Shown here one piece after another: positions 1-10,589 of a stretch of DNA of 64,000 nt (positions within the stretch are counted from its first letter, which is position 1; every line of letters starts with the position of its first letter). Where the stretch lies: contig JBHGNT010000003.1 of NCBI GenBank assembly GCA_043228905.1, forward strand, positions 25,792,001 to 25,856,000. Direction: 5' to 3'. A model generated the notes under the pieces. The model saw only the letters and a program-made list of their open reading frames with translations. It had not been told where the DNA came from and did not search any database. This stretch comes from Azolla caroliniana. Lineage: Eukaryota; Plantae; Polypodiophyta. The position numbers were made by a program, and so were the translations under genes.

Positions 1-386
1 AGCTAAGGGACGGAGAGACAGTCGCTTGTTCATCCTCGACTCGAACGAGGTAAAATCGGCCATGTACGCCAAAGGTCTCAAGACCAAGACAAACATCAAG
101 TTGTGGCACAACCGAATTGGCCACATAAACCTCCAACGGCTTCGCGGAATGCAATCAAAGGGAGTCGTAATCGGACTTCCGACCTTCAAATCGAAACGAG
201 TCGACCGAGTGTGTGAAACATGCTAACTCGGCAAACAACATCGACTCCCATTCCCGAAGGAGAGCTCTGCAAGCTAATGACTCCTTGACATAATCCACTC
301 GGACGTATGGGGACCGACTCAAACGCCAACGCTCGGTGGATGCGGCTACTACGTCACCTTCATCGAAGACCACTCGCGCTACGCAT
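1..386 (+). mobile_element. Ty1/Copia remnant, GAG-pre-integrase and start of integrase (left half, split by nested LTR element)
   Basis: Translates MFILDSNEVKSAMYAKG...LWHNRIGHINL...CETC*LGKQHR...IHSDVWGPTQT...YYVTFIEDHSRYA; in-frame stops; closely resembles the Copia at 11731-17217. Confidence 0.92.
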
Positions 387-1051
387 TGTCGCGAAGATGC
401 GCGTGCGAGCGTGCTTCGCTTGAGCGGGACCACCGGGGTCTTGGACCAAGGAGGATGTCCGTCAAGGTATTGAGAAGAGGACGATGTGAATGTAAGATTG
501 GAGGAAGACCTATTACACTTGAGAAGATTGAAGATTGTACACTTTGAGAAGTAGATAAATAATTACAAGATAGATGCGAAGAAGAAGAAATAGAAGCTTA
601 TATTATTGATGGTGATGATGATGGTCATATCATATTGAGCCCCCCCCTTTACACAAGCCATACTAGGGGTTTTATAGGTTTGTCCATGCACAAAACCATG
701 GGCTTGGAGCCATGGTTTCTGTGCACACAGTTTTGCTTTGTGACATGCAAAAAACCATGGGCTTAAAACCGTGGTTTTGTGTACATGGTTTTGTACGTTT
801 GTTTCCTATGGAATACTGAATATGAGAAAGAAATATAGAACATCTAAAGCACTTAGTAGTAGCTTTAGTGGTAAGGTAATTGCCTCTTATCTTAGAGGTG
901 CAAGGTTCAAATCCTACTTGCAACCCTCTACATGCACTCAATGCCATTGTGACCTAGGTTTATTTATTTTCATTTTTACAAGTATTCGTGAAATGTGTGT
1001 GGATCCTCAATTTTTTACTTTTTCTCGCACTAGACATGCCACATCACGACA
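387..1051 (-). repeat. 3' LTR of non-autonomous element
   Basis: Direct repeat of 3200-3864 (offset 2813), TG...CA termini, about 3 substitutions found by eye; adjacent PPT-like TTTGGTGGGGGTGGA (minus strand, 1052-1066). Confidence 0.95.
853..925 (+). promoter_or_regulatory. tRNA-like Pol III A/B-box module inside LTR (second copy 3666-3738)
   Basis: TAGCTTTAGTGG (860) and GGTTCAAATCC (904) 44 nt apart as in tRNA genes, with CCTCT/AGAGG hairpin between. Confidence 0.5.
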
Positions 1052-1483
1052 TCCACCCCCACCAAACCGCACATCCTCCGGTATGTGCCAAGTAGAAAAG
1101 AGTGATGTGGAAGGGTCAAAGGTGGTTGGTGTTTGATTTCCTCCTTTCTTGTGCCTCGTCCGCACCGTCTTTTTGTCGTATACTTCGAACTGTCGTTGCC
1201 ATCCGATCCACCATATCGTTCGCTCACCTTTTTTATTGCCATGTCTAGTTGTCATGGCTCCCTTTGCTCCTCCCGAGCATAACGCTTCATGCCTCATGCA
1301 TGTGCCACCTTCATCTCGACCATCTCCTTGGTCACCTAACTTTCCTTTATCATCATTTCTCGTCTCATGCTTGCCTTTCCTTATGCTCACTAGCCTCAAC
1401 CGGGTGTCACGACTCGTCTGCTTTGACCTCCGCCTAGGCCGGTTCAACTTTTGTCTGTCTCGACCAATCAGCTTCTAGCTTGG

Positions 1484-3148
1484 TCAGCCTTCCTCCGGAT
1501 TCACATTCGGCCGAATCAGACTCAGACGATCGACTTTCGTCCGGGTCAGTTTCCATCCGGTTTTCGGTTGGGTCGGGCCCGTTTGATCAACTCTCGTTCG
1601 GGTCGGCTTCCGTTCGGGTCGGAATACCAACCGCGTCATCTTCCATCCGGATTCTATTCTGGTTCTTCCTTTCTTGCCGCTATCTGGCTCTTCATCGAAC
1701 TCTATTGTAGCTTTGTTTTTGGCGTCCTTGTTGGCCACCGTTCCTCTGTATGCGCTGGCGTCGACCCTCATCTCCTCGCCGCCACCTTCCATCTCTTCGG
1801 TCTTATGTTCGCTCTCAGGCACAACTGCCAAAGTCTCCAGAATCGGTGTGGAGGGATTCCGTCGTCTGTGGCCATCTTCCTCATCGTTGTTTTGGTCCTT
1901 CGATTTCCAGCCGCCACCTTCCGTCTCTCCGGTCTCACGTTGACACTCGGGCACAACTGCCGAAGTCTCAGGAACAATTGTGGGGAGAACCTCGACACCA
2001 TCGGTCACCGTCTTCTCATCCGTAGCCATCTTTCGCTCAATGTTGTTATTCACATTGTCTTCAATATTTTCTTCCCCACCACTTTCCGTCTCTTGGGTCT
2101 CATGTTGGCTCTCGGACGCAACTGCCCAAGTCTCTAGATCAAGTGTTGGGAAAGTCTCGACACGGTCATTCACCGTGGACTCTTCCTTAGCCATCTGCGA
2201 CTCGATGTCGTTCCTCGTGGCTACCACCTCAATCACGTCGACCTTGCACTCTTTACATCCCTTGATCACACAAGCTTCCCTCATGCTTGCACCTTCATTA
2301 CTCGATATTTCGGACACAACATGTGTTCCGAAATGCTCGTCCACTCTTAAAGCAGCATTTCCTACTCTCGAGTCTTCGGCCTTTCTCTTGACCGTCGTTC
2401 CTCCATAAGTCGAGAAGGTGGTTTGTTTCACACCTTCTCCCATGGTACTGTCATACCAAACCTGGGCCTTCGTATTGGCCACACCATTAGTCTGCATTTG
2501 TTGGGAGGTCTCCTCTTCGTCGATCACCTTTTTCCTCGGTTTTGTTTTCAGCTTCTCGTCAACCTCGACTTGTGCCTTTAAGTTCATTAATGCCTCTCTC
2601 ATCAAGGCTTCTATGTTGAGTTCTATCGAAGCTTCCCTCTTCGAGCTTTCTTCCTTCAGTGGGTTTTTATTGCCACATCCCATTCTCCTTTGAACATCCC
2701 TTGTGGGTCGTGTTGTTGTCGATGAGAGTCTCAGCTCCCTCTTATCGTGTTGTCAGCATACCCTTTCCACTTTGGCCCAATCCTCAGTGAGGCCATTTTC
2801 ACCATTGTCATCCTCTAGTTGGATTCCAATGGCCTTCCTTTCATTCTGATCGATTGACTTTACAAACATCAGAACTTTATTCACCCCCACCAATCTTCGA
2901 TCCCGGTTCGAGAGTTGAGCGAAGCGATACTCAAACTCAACGAATGCATGCATAGCACTCTGGTGGGTCTTTCTCGATGACACCCATTCGTGAAACTCAT
3001 ACAGACCTCGTCCCTTTTGCTCTTCGTAACCATATGATTCTCGTAAAGCTTCTTTGAAGGACACCCACGAATCGTGAGTTTTTTGAATCTCTTTAATCTC
3101 TTCGAAGATCGGTTCAGCCACCACTCGACAAAAGTACTCCAACCTCAT
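1484..3148 (-). pseudogene. Gag-like ORF with acidic repetitive extension, broken by one in-frame TGA at 2753-2755
   Basis: ORFs 2753..3148 (SWVSFKEALRESYG...EFEYRFAQLS, gag-like) and 1484..2683 share one frame with a single intervening stop. Confidence 0.7.
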
Positions 3149-3177
3149 CGGTCCAGCTTCATCCTCCCCTACCGCTC

Positions 3178-3195
3178 TTCACGTCGGGTTCACCA
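3178..3195 (-). other. Primer binding site complementary to tRNA-Trp 3' end
   Basis: Plus strand TTCACGTCGGGTTCACCA matches the 3'-terminal 18 nt (with CCA) of plant cytosolic tRNA-Trp as recalled; lies 4 nt from the 5' LTR. Confidence 0.85.
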
Positions 3196-3199
3196 AAAA

Positions 3200-3864
3200 T
3201 GTCGCGAAGATGCGTGTGCGAGCGTGCTTCGCTTGAGCGGGACCATCGGGGTCTTGGACCAAGGAGGATGTCCGTCAAGGTATTGAGAAGAGGACAATGT
3301 GAATGTAAGATTGGAGGAAGACCTATTACACTTGAGAAGATTGAAGATTGTACACTTTGAGAAGTAGATAAATAATTACAAGATAGATGCGAAGAAGAAG
3401 AAATAGAAGCTTATATTATTGATGGTGATGATGATGGTCATATCATATTGAGCCCCCCCCTTTACACAAGCCATACTAGGGGTTTTATAGGTTTGTCCAT
3501 GCACAAAACCATGGGCTTGGAGCCATGGTTTCTGTGCACACAGTTTTGCTTTGTGACATGCAAAAAACCATGGGCTTAAAACCGTGGTTTTGTGTACATG
3601 GTTTTGTACGTTTGTTTCCTATGGAATACTGAATATGAGAAAGAAATATAGAACATCTAAAGCACTTAGTAGTAGCTTTAGTGGTAAGGTAATTGCCTCT
3701 TATCTTAGAGGTGCAAGGTTCAAATCCTACTTGCAACCCTCTACATGCACTCAATGCCATTGTGACCTAGGTTTATTTATTTTCATTTTTACAAGTATTC
3801 GTGAAATGTGTGTGGATCCTCAATTTTTTACTTTTTCTCGCACTAGACATGCCACATCACGACA
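3200..3864 (-). repeat. 5' LTR of non-autonomous element
   Basis: Near-identical to 387-1051. Confidence 0.95.
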
Positions 3865-5844
3865 GCGTGGATATACCCGATGAAGAAGAAGAGTGAAGTG
3901 CTCTCCCACTTTCAAAGGCTCAAAAGCAAAGTGGAGAAAGAAACCGGTCGGCACATTCGATGCCTACGATCGGACGGAGGAAAGGAGTACTTTTCCGATG
4001 AGTTCACCTCCTACCTCCAAGGTGAAGGCATTCATAGAGAATTCTCATGCTGACACACTCCCCAACAAAACAGAGTAGCCGAGAGAAAGAATCGGCAAAT
4101 TCTCGAGGTAGCACGCGCCATGATGCATGAGAAGCACATGCCGAACTTCTATTGGGCGGAAGCGGCATCCATGGTCGTCTATCTCATGAACTGGTGCACC
4201 ACCAATGGAGTCCACGAGCTTACTCCATACGAGATCTTCGTTGGAAGGAAGCCCATCCTCTTGTATCTCAAGTTGTTCGAAAGCATTGCGAATGTACGCA
4301 TCCCGAACGAAAGTCGAGAGAAACCCAACGCGAAGTCGGAAGAATGTATCCTCATAGGATACTTGTCCGCGAAAAAGGCGTACAAGTGCTTCAACCCTTC
4401 AACCCAAGCGGTGTAGATAAGTCGCGACGTTGTTTTCGACGAATCGGCATCTTGGTATAAGCCCGATGCGACTCCATCTGACCCGATTGAGGAAGAGTTG
4501 AACGCCAACTCGGACGACGAAACTCAGCCAAGTCCACCGAAGGACAATCCAAGCTCTACCGAGCTAATTGGCCCACAAGAACCTCCACGCGATGAAAACA
4601 CGTCGCGGCCAAGTCCGACATCGAACAAAGGCAAAGGTAAGATGCCCAAATATGAAGTCGACGACCACCCCGACGACCATGATTCGTATGATTCGGCTCG
4701 CTCACTAGACAATGAGTTCGGTGTACCCATCATGAGGACACCCGGAGTAAAGAAGGCACTCACATCGACAAACGAGAAACTCCGCCGCTCATCACACGTG
4801 AAGACCCAAGTCACTCGTTATGCCTACAACGAGTATATGGCACTATATGCAAATTGGTAAAAAGTACACACCAAGAGCTTGGAACAAGAGGATATACAAC
4901 TTCTTACGATCAATCGACTTTAAGCAATGTGCTCCAAATGCAAGTATATATGTCAAAATGAAGGATGGGAAACAAGTCATCATCATAATTTACGAGGATA
5001 ATCTAGTACTTACTGGTGACCATGAAGACTGTAATGGCCAAACACAAGAGTGTTTGAAAACTGAGTTTGAAATGACAGGCTTGGGGATTCTACACTACTT
5101 CCTTGGAATTGAGGTTTGGCAAACCTCGGTTGACATCTTCATGTCACAAAGAAAGTATGCAACAAAGCTCTTGAAGACCTTTGGGATGATGGACAACAAG
5201 TCGAAGTTGACTCCAATGGAGTCAAATTGCAAGTTATCCCAAGAAGTCTCGTCACCAATAGTTGACATAAGGAAATATAGACAACTAGTAGGAAGTCTAA
5301 TTTTCTTATGCAACGCTAGGCCGGATATTTGTTTTGCAGTCAGTGTGGTGAGTCCATTCAGCAACAAGCCGAAGGAGACTCATCGGAAAGCTGCACTACG
5401 TGTATTAAAGTAAATTGTGGGTACCTTAGTGGGTATTGCGACTCTGACTAGGCTGGAGATACTGATTCCAGAAAATCAATTTCTGGATATTGTTTTTCAA
5501 TAGGCTCTAGAGTTGTTTCAAGGAGTAGTAAAAAACAACCAACAATGGCACTATCTTTAACGGAGGTAGAATACAAAGTAGAATGTGAGGTAGTTTGGCT
5601 AAGAAGAATCCTTATGGATGTGGCGGTTCCAATAAGGACGAGAACGGTATTGAGGTGTGACAATCAGAGTTGCATGGCCATTGCCAAGAACCCTGTATTT
5701 CATGCAAAAACTAAACACAAAGAGATTCAATATCACTATGTGTGGGAGCTAATAAATGATGAGAAGTGTGGAGCTTGAGTACTGTTTGACATAAAAAATT
5801 GCCCAATTCCAAGTGAACTCAATGAGTTGACCATTGAGGTGGCA
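3865..5844 (+). mobile_element. Ty1/Copia remnant: integrase core, deletion junction (~4842), C-terminal RT and RNase H
   Basis: WIYPMKKKSEV...CLRSDGGKEYFS...AERKNR; then PRAWNKRI...IIIIYEDNLVLTGD...LHYFLGIEV...RPDICFAVS; RH SKKQPTMALS...CDNQS...KNPVFHAKTKH; frameshifts and stops. Confidence 0.92.
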
Positions 5845-6610
5845 TGTTAGATAAAATCAATGATCAGCCCCAAGTTGTAAATATATCCACATATGTGCTC
5901 TTAGAGTGCACATTTTGTGATATCGCCCCAAATGAGGAGCAGCTAGTGTACAACTTGACCAAATGGCTCAATAAGGTATTAATCTAGGAAACCATAGATG
6001 CGTACGGCACAATGGAAAGAGCGAAATAGGTAATAGGATTGGCTAATCGGGTCAACTAGAAGATTTTGTGGGCAAGTTACAATGTACATAATCTTGAAGT
6101 ATGTGCCATTAACTTCAAGATAAGTACTATCTAGCACTAGCCTGTGTCTAGGGAGTTGACAAAAAAGGAATATCTCCACTACTATCAACTGATTTCCACA
6201 CTTAATGTTATACTCAGACCAAACATAGAATATAATCCACTTTCTTACACAATGGTCAGATTGATCATCAGTCCCCACTAATTTTGTAGTGAGATGGTCC
6301 AGATCCCATCTAAGCTCTAAGGTGTGAGCGCATGGGTGAACTCTATATACCTATGTAATCAATTCTCAATATTTCGAACATCTAATTCACCATTTCAAGG
6401 TTTAATATGATTCTCATTGGTTGTGTGTTATGTTTGGATATTACATACCCAAGAGAAGAGAAGAGAAGACTGAAAACTATTTGACAAGATTATCGTGCTA
6501 TTTGAGCAGTTGCTTGGTAAATCCATCGCCCTTCTCTCAATAATGTGTTTTTGAGCAATTAATATGGCTAGTTAAACACCGGCTTTCCTCTTTTGCAAGG
6601 GTTGTAGACA
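5845..6610 (+). repeat. Probable 3' LTR of the Copia RT/RH remnant
   Basis: TGTTAG directly after PPT-like TTGAGGTGGCA; 3' boundary uncertain; no partner LTR in window. Confidence 0.45.
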
Positions 6611-7376
6611 AGAGTATTTGGGGAAATAATGTGAAACTCACTCAAGGTATATTTCGGGGATTTTCCTTAATATTAGCTTCAAAGATGTCAGACTTAAAAA
6701 TGTCACAACCTTTCTGGAATGGCAATCAAAACCTATATAATCTATGGACTCGAACAAAATGATATGAGTGCAAATTACATATACAAATTAAGCGGGCAAT
6801 CAAAATAGCCATATCATAGTATGAACCATAAGTAACATATGTGCCTTTGCATTCGAGAATGTTTCAGTCATTCGAGTATGGTAAACACCCTCGAAGTATG
6901 GTAAATACCATACTTTTGTATTCATGATTTATTATAAGGTAATTTATTTTTAAAGGTAAGAAAGTTAGGGTAAAAAGTGTAAAATAAAACATAAGAATGT
7001 TTGCCAATGCATTCGAGTATATTACGTACTACGAGGATGAGCCATATATAATCTAAGCACTCAACAAGGGTGCCATTACATATATGTACAAAGTAGCATA
7101 CAATCCATAAACACATTCAAATCTCCCATAAAAATACTTTCTCAACAAAATGAAAAAATAATACTGGTACAAGTAATAAGAATGGACATATACATGTAAT
7201 GCCAATAATCCAAGAAGAAGATGAAGAATGATGACCGAAGATTAAGTTAGGTATATGCAGACACAGGCACACGGGATCCTGAGGAAATGGTTAACATGTT
7301 AGCATTTCTACAGAAATCTTTTTAAGGAAAGAACAAAGAAGAACCTCTCCATGGATTGGCGGAACAGCGAGTCTTG

Positions 7377-9093
7377 TTACTCAGGAGTGAACGATAAAGA
7401 CAGCTTGACCTCTCCTTTGAACTTTCCATTCTTGAGGACGACACCGTAAGGTTTTGATGTGATCTTCCCACAGTTGAAGGCCTCATCCAAAGGAACCCTT
7501 AAGAATTCAAATAAAAGCATACACAATATTCCGATTAGCATATAAAGAGCAATATTTAGATTTTCAGGAGAGTGATTAAAAATAAATAAAACAGAAGATC
7601 TTTAAGATTATTAAGAGGAAACAGCACATTTTTTAAACAAAATCATATGAAACATTTCAAATTAGGAATATTTTGGTCCTTAGAAAGAGAGATTGAAAAA
7701 ACAAAAAACTGGATCATTAAGCTTATCGAAGAAGACAATAATTTTTGAAATAAGAAAGTGAGTAAATTGACATAAACATTTGAATGAAAAGATCAGGAAG
7801 CAGTAGTTTTGAGTAGAAAAATAGGAATATAAATTATCGTTGACGAGATTAAACAAGAAGAAGATGAAGACAAAAGAGACATACGTGACTAGGCCGAGCT
7901 CATCATCTGCTGATCCAAAGTCTTCATCCATGACCTCAAGCAATAATTCAGTGATCCCTTCATCCACATGAAATTCAAAATTTTGATTCCAGGTTGGATT
8001 ACTGCCTTGATCTGAAAAATAATATAGATATTAAGTAAACAAAAAAAGATGAATAAAAGGTCATAATGCAAAAATCAATAGAATCTGTAAAGAAACAGCG
8101 ATACATTTCTGGTCTTTATGAACAAAGACATGGATCAAAATGAGCAAGGGAACTCAATGCATGATTTGGAAAAAAAAAGAGCAAAACATAACAGATAAAA
8201 CTATAGGATTTCTGAATAAAGAAAACAACAAAAAACAAACAAATAGATAAATATATCATATGCAAAAAAGAAAATTCAAAGAGTATATGGTTGTCTCAAA
8301 CACAAAATCATAGTTTCAAAATCGCCATTACTTCTTTTAACTACTGCACAAATTGATCAGATGTAGAAAAGAACCAATAATAGGTATAAAATGTGGCCTT
8401 TCTGAACAAAGAAACAAGCAAACTAATAGATTGTGACTTCAGACTTGACTTTCCATTTCATTACTGAGTTGCTCCAAATTTCCGGTTACCGATGGAAGTC
8501 TTTTAAAAAGAACTAGAAACTACCTTGAGCATAGGCTCGACAATGCAGCATCAGTCTAATGGAAAAATAGAACAAGTGCATCAAATCATTGAGGATATAC
8601 TTCAAGATTATGTGTATGCTCTATGTCTATGCGTATGCATGTCTGTGTGTGCGTGTATACGTATATGTAGGTACATGTACACGTATAGGTATTTATGCAT
8701 ATATGTGCACATATAGGTATGTATGGGTTCATGTAGAGGTATGTGTACGTACACACACATATATATACTTATACATATGCATATTATGTATACATATACA
8801 TATTGACAGAGAGAGGGGAAGAAGAAATTACTACTAGCAACATTGGATTTCTTGCGTTGGTTCCCGCAGCTTACGATGACATACGGATCCGACTTGGCTG
8901 CAGAAACCAGTAGTGGTGAATGTATGAAGAGAAAACCATAGGTTTATTACACAAAAGGAAGGCAATAACGATAGGGAAAAGAAAAGAGACAGACGAAAGA
9001 TATACAGGTAGATAGATAAATCTTACAGAAGAAATCGGCGGACATGAGACCACGAGCACTCACAAGCAACAATTCGAGCTTTCCACGAGGCAT
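7377..9093 (-). CDS. Single C2-domain Ca2+/phospholipid-binding protein (elicitor-responsive ERG / 16 kDa phloem protein-like); exons 9093-9027, 8897-8832, 8011-7885, 7497-7377
   Basis: Spliced translation MPRGKLELLLVSARGLMSADFFSKSDPYVIVSCGNQRKKSNVASNQGSNPTWNQNFEFHVDEGITELLLEVMDEDFGSADDELGLVTVPLDEAFNCGKITSKPYGVVLKNGKFKGEVKLSLSFTPE*; all GT-AG introns with consistent phases. Confidence 0.93.
8440..8615 (+). mobile_element. Eroded Ty3/Gypsy integrase fragment in intron 2 of C2 gene
   Basis: ELETTLSIGSTMQHQSNGKIEQVHQIIEDILQDYV resembles [33 protein letters not shown]. Confidence 0.65.
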
Positions 9094-9374
9094 TCTTCTT
9101 GTCTTCTGGGGCTAAAATCTCCCAGCCGCTTATCCTCTCTCTGATTCTGTGGTCTGATCGGATCGGATCGGATCTCAGACAATCTCTGTGTTTGGACTTA
9201 TAGCATGTCTGGACTCTGGATGTGCAGATATATTGTCTGAAATTTGAATATCTCATCTCTCTGTGTTGCTAAAGTCAAACCGAAGACCAAGAAAAGACAA
9301 CCCAGCTGACCGAGTCTTATTTAGTGAGCTGCTTTCATCACTTTAAACCGTATCCACAGTATATACGTATAACA

Positions 9375-9389
9375 GTATATGTATATGTA

Positions 9390-9420
<31 letters not shown>

Positions 9421-9457
9421 GTGTGCGTGTATGTATGTACATACGTACGTACGTATG

Positions 9458-9491
<34 letters not shown>

Positions 9492-9510
9492 TGTGTGTGT
9501 GTGTGTGTAT
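9375..9510. repeat. Compound (TATGTG)n/(TATG)n/(TG)n microsatellite
   Basis: Directly visible; related TA/TG-rich tract at 8615-8800. Confidence 0.95.
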
Positions 9511-9931
9511 TCACACTAGGCCCTCACATGGGGTTTTCTACTTATTTAGGTCGTGAATGGCTAATGTAGTGGGGAATGCATCCAACTATATGGCTTTTCA
9601 ACTTATTCAAGGCAAAGTATGGGTAACCTATGGCCATCAAAGCACATGGGGTTTTCTGCGTATTTTTTTTTTCCAAAAGAAATATACTTCCATTAGTTTT
9701 CAGAAAAGTCATAAAAACAACATACAAAATTTTCCCCAACTCATCTTTATAAGACGATGGTTGAGGAAACAAAACTTTGAACTCCAAAATAGACGAAGGT
9801 AGACAACTAATTTGAAAATTATTCTATAAATAGAACAACCAATCTGAAAATTATTCTGTAAATGGCTTCCAAGGTAGAGAACAATGTATTCCATGTTATG
9901 CTTCTTCAAGACAACCACGTTCCTTATGCAC

Positions 9932-10089
9932 GTTTGTAAACACATCAATCATCTACTTCCTCTTTCCACATTTGGTTACCACCAAATTCCAACGTTTGTA
10001 AACACAAACCTAATGCTTCCTCTTTCCACATTTGGTTACCACCAAATTCCAACGTTTGTAAACACAAACCTAATGCTTCCTCTTTCCAC
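9932..10089. repeat. 60-bp tandem repeat, about 2.6 copies
   Basis: 9961-10020 and 10021-10080 are identical. Confidence 0.95.
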
Positions 10090-10140
10090 CTCAGTCATGC
10101 TACTTGTTACCACCCATTTTCAAGTGAACCATTTCCTTTG

Positions 10141-10560
10141 GTTGAAGGGTTTTCCTTTGCCAATGCTCCAAAGAAATACAATATCAGGAGTAGCATAAAA
10201 TCCATGAGCTGACAGATCAATACGTTGGAAATATCAAGCACTCGCCAACTTTGCGACTGATGAAAACGTTCCCTTCTCAGCCACAATCTTCCTGCGAGAC
10301 TTTATTTCTTCACATGCATTTAAAACTGCCTGACCATACAAGTCTGATCTTGCTGAAGCTGTTGTTGGAGAAGCCTTTGGAACCTTATGTGCTTGTCTCA
10401 GAGATAAGCAGTGAACTCAAAGGACTACTAAATAAAGTAATCGCAATCTATACAATTTCGGTATGCAATCCCTGTCCCATCTCAACTCCACCATGTGGTA
10501 CAAAAACACTTCCATCTATATGTAGTTGAAATAAAACCCCATCCTTTTGGTGAATTCATG
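10141..10560 (-). pseudogene. XDH: Xanthine dehydrogenase molybdopterin-binding domain fragment, intronless, inactivated
   Basis: Manual translation: [27 protein letters not shown]...PLSSLLISETST(frameshift)KVPKASPTTASARSDLYGQAVLNACEEIKSR...KLASA*YFQRIDLSAHGFYATPDIVFLWSIGKGKPFN, collinear with plant XDH. Confidence 0.93.
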
Positions 10561-10589
10561 TAGAGATTGTTTGTCAGACTCTTTGTATA

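Larger units (their letters stand above)
387..3864 (-). mobile_element. Non-autonomous (gag-only, pol-less) LTR retroelement, 3478 bp, probably Ty3/Gypsy-derived
   Basis: Two 665-bp LTRs TGTCGCG...CACGACA; 4-bp TSD GCAT(383-386)/GCGT(3865-3868), removal of one copy restores Copia frame ..YAWIYPM; PBS and PPT on minus strand; no RT/RH/INT core seen. Confidence 0.92.

Noticed and set aside
2753-2761. Programmed stop-codon readthrough in the gag ORF
   Set aside because: Context TGA CAA CAC does not fit CARYYA-type signals; CGA>TGA deamination matches the other CpG changes in this element.
9512-9520. CACTA transposon terminus (CACTAGG)
   Set aside because: No matching inverted end or 3-bp TSD found; the adjacent element has a LINE-type tail.
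10141-10560. Functional or horizontally acquired bacterial XDH
   Set aside because: Stops and a frameshift, only a fragment, and residues follow the plant XDH sequence.
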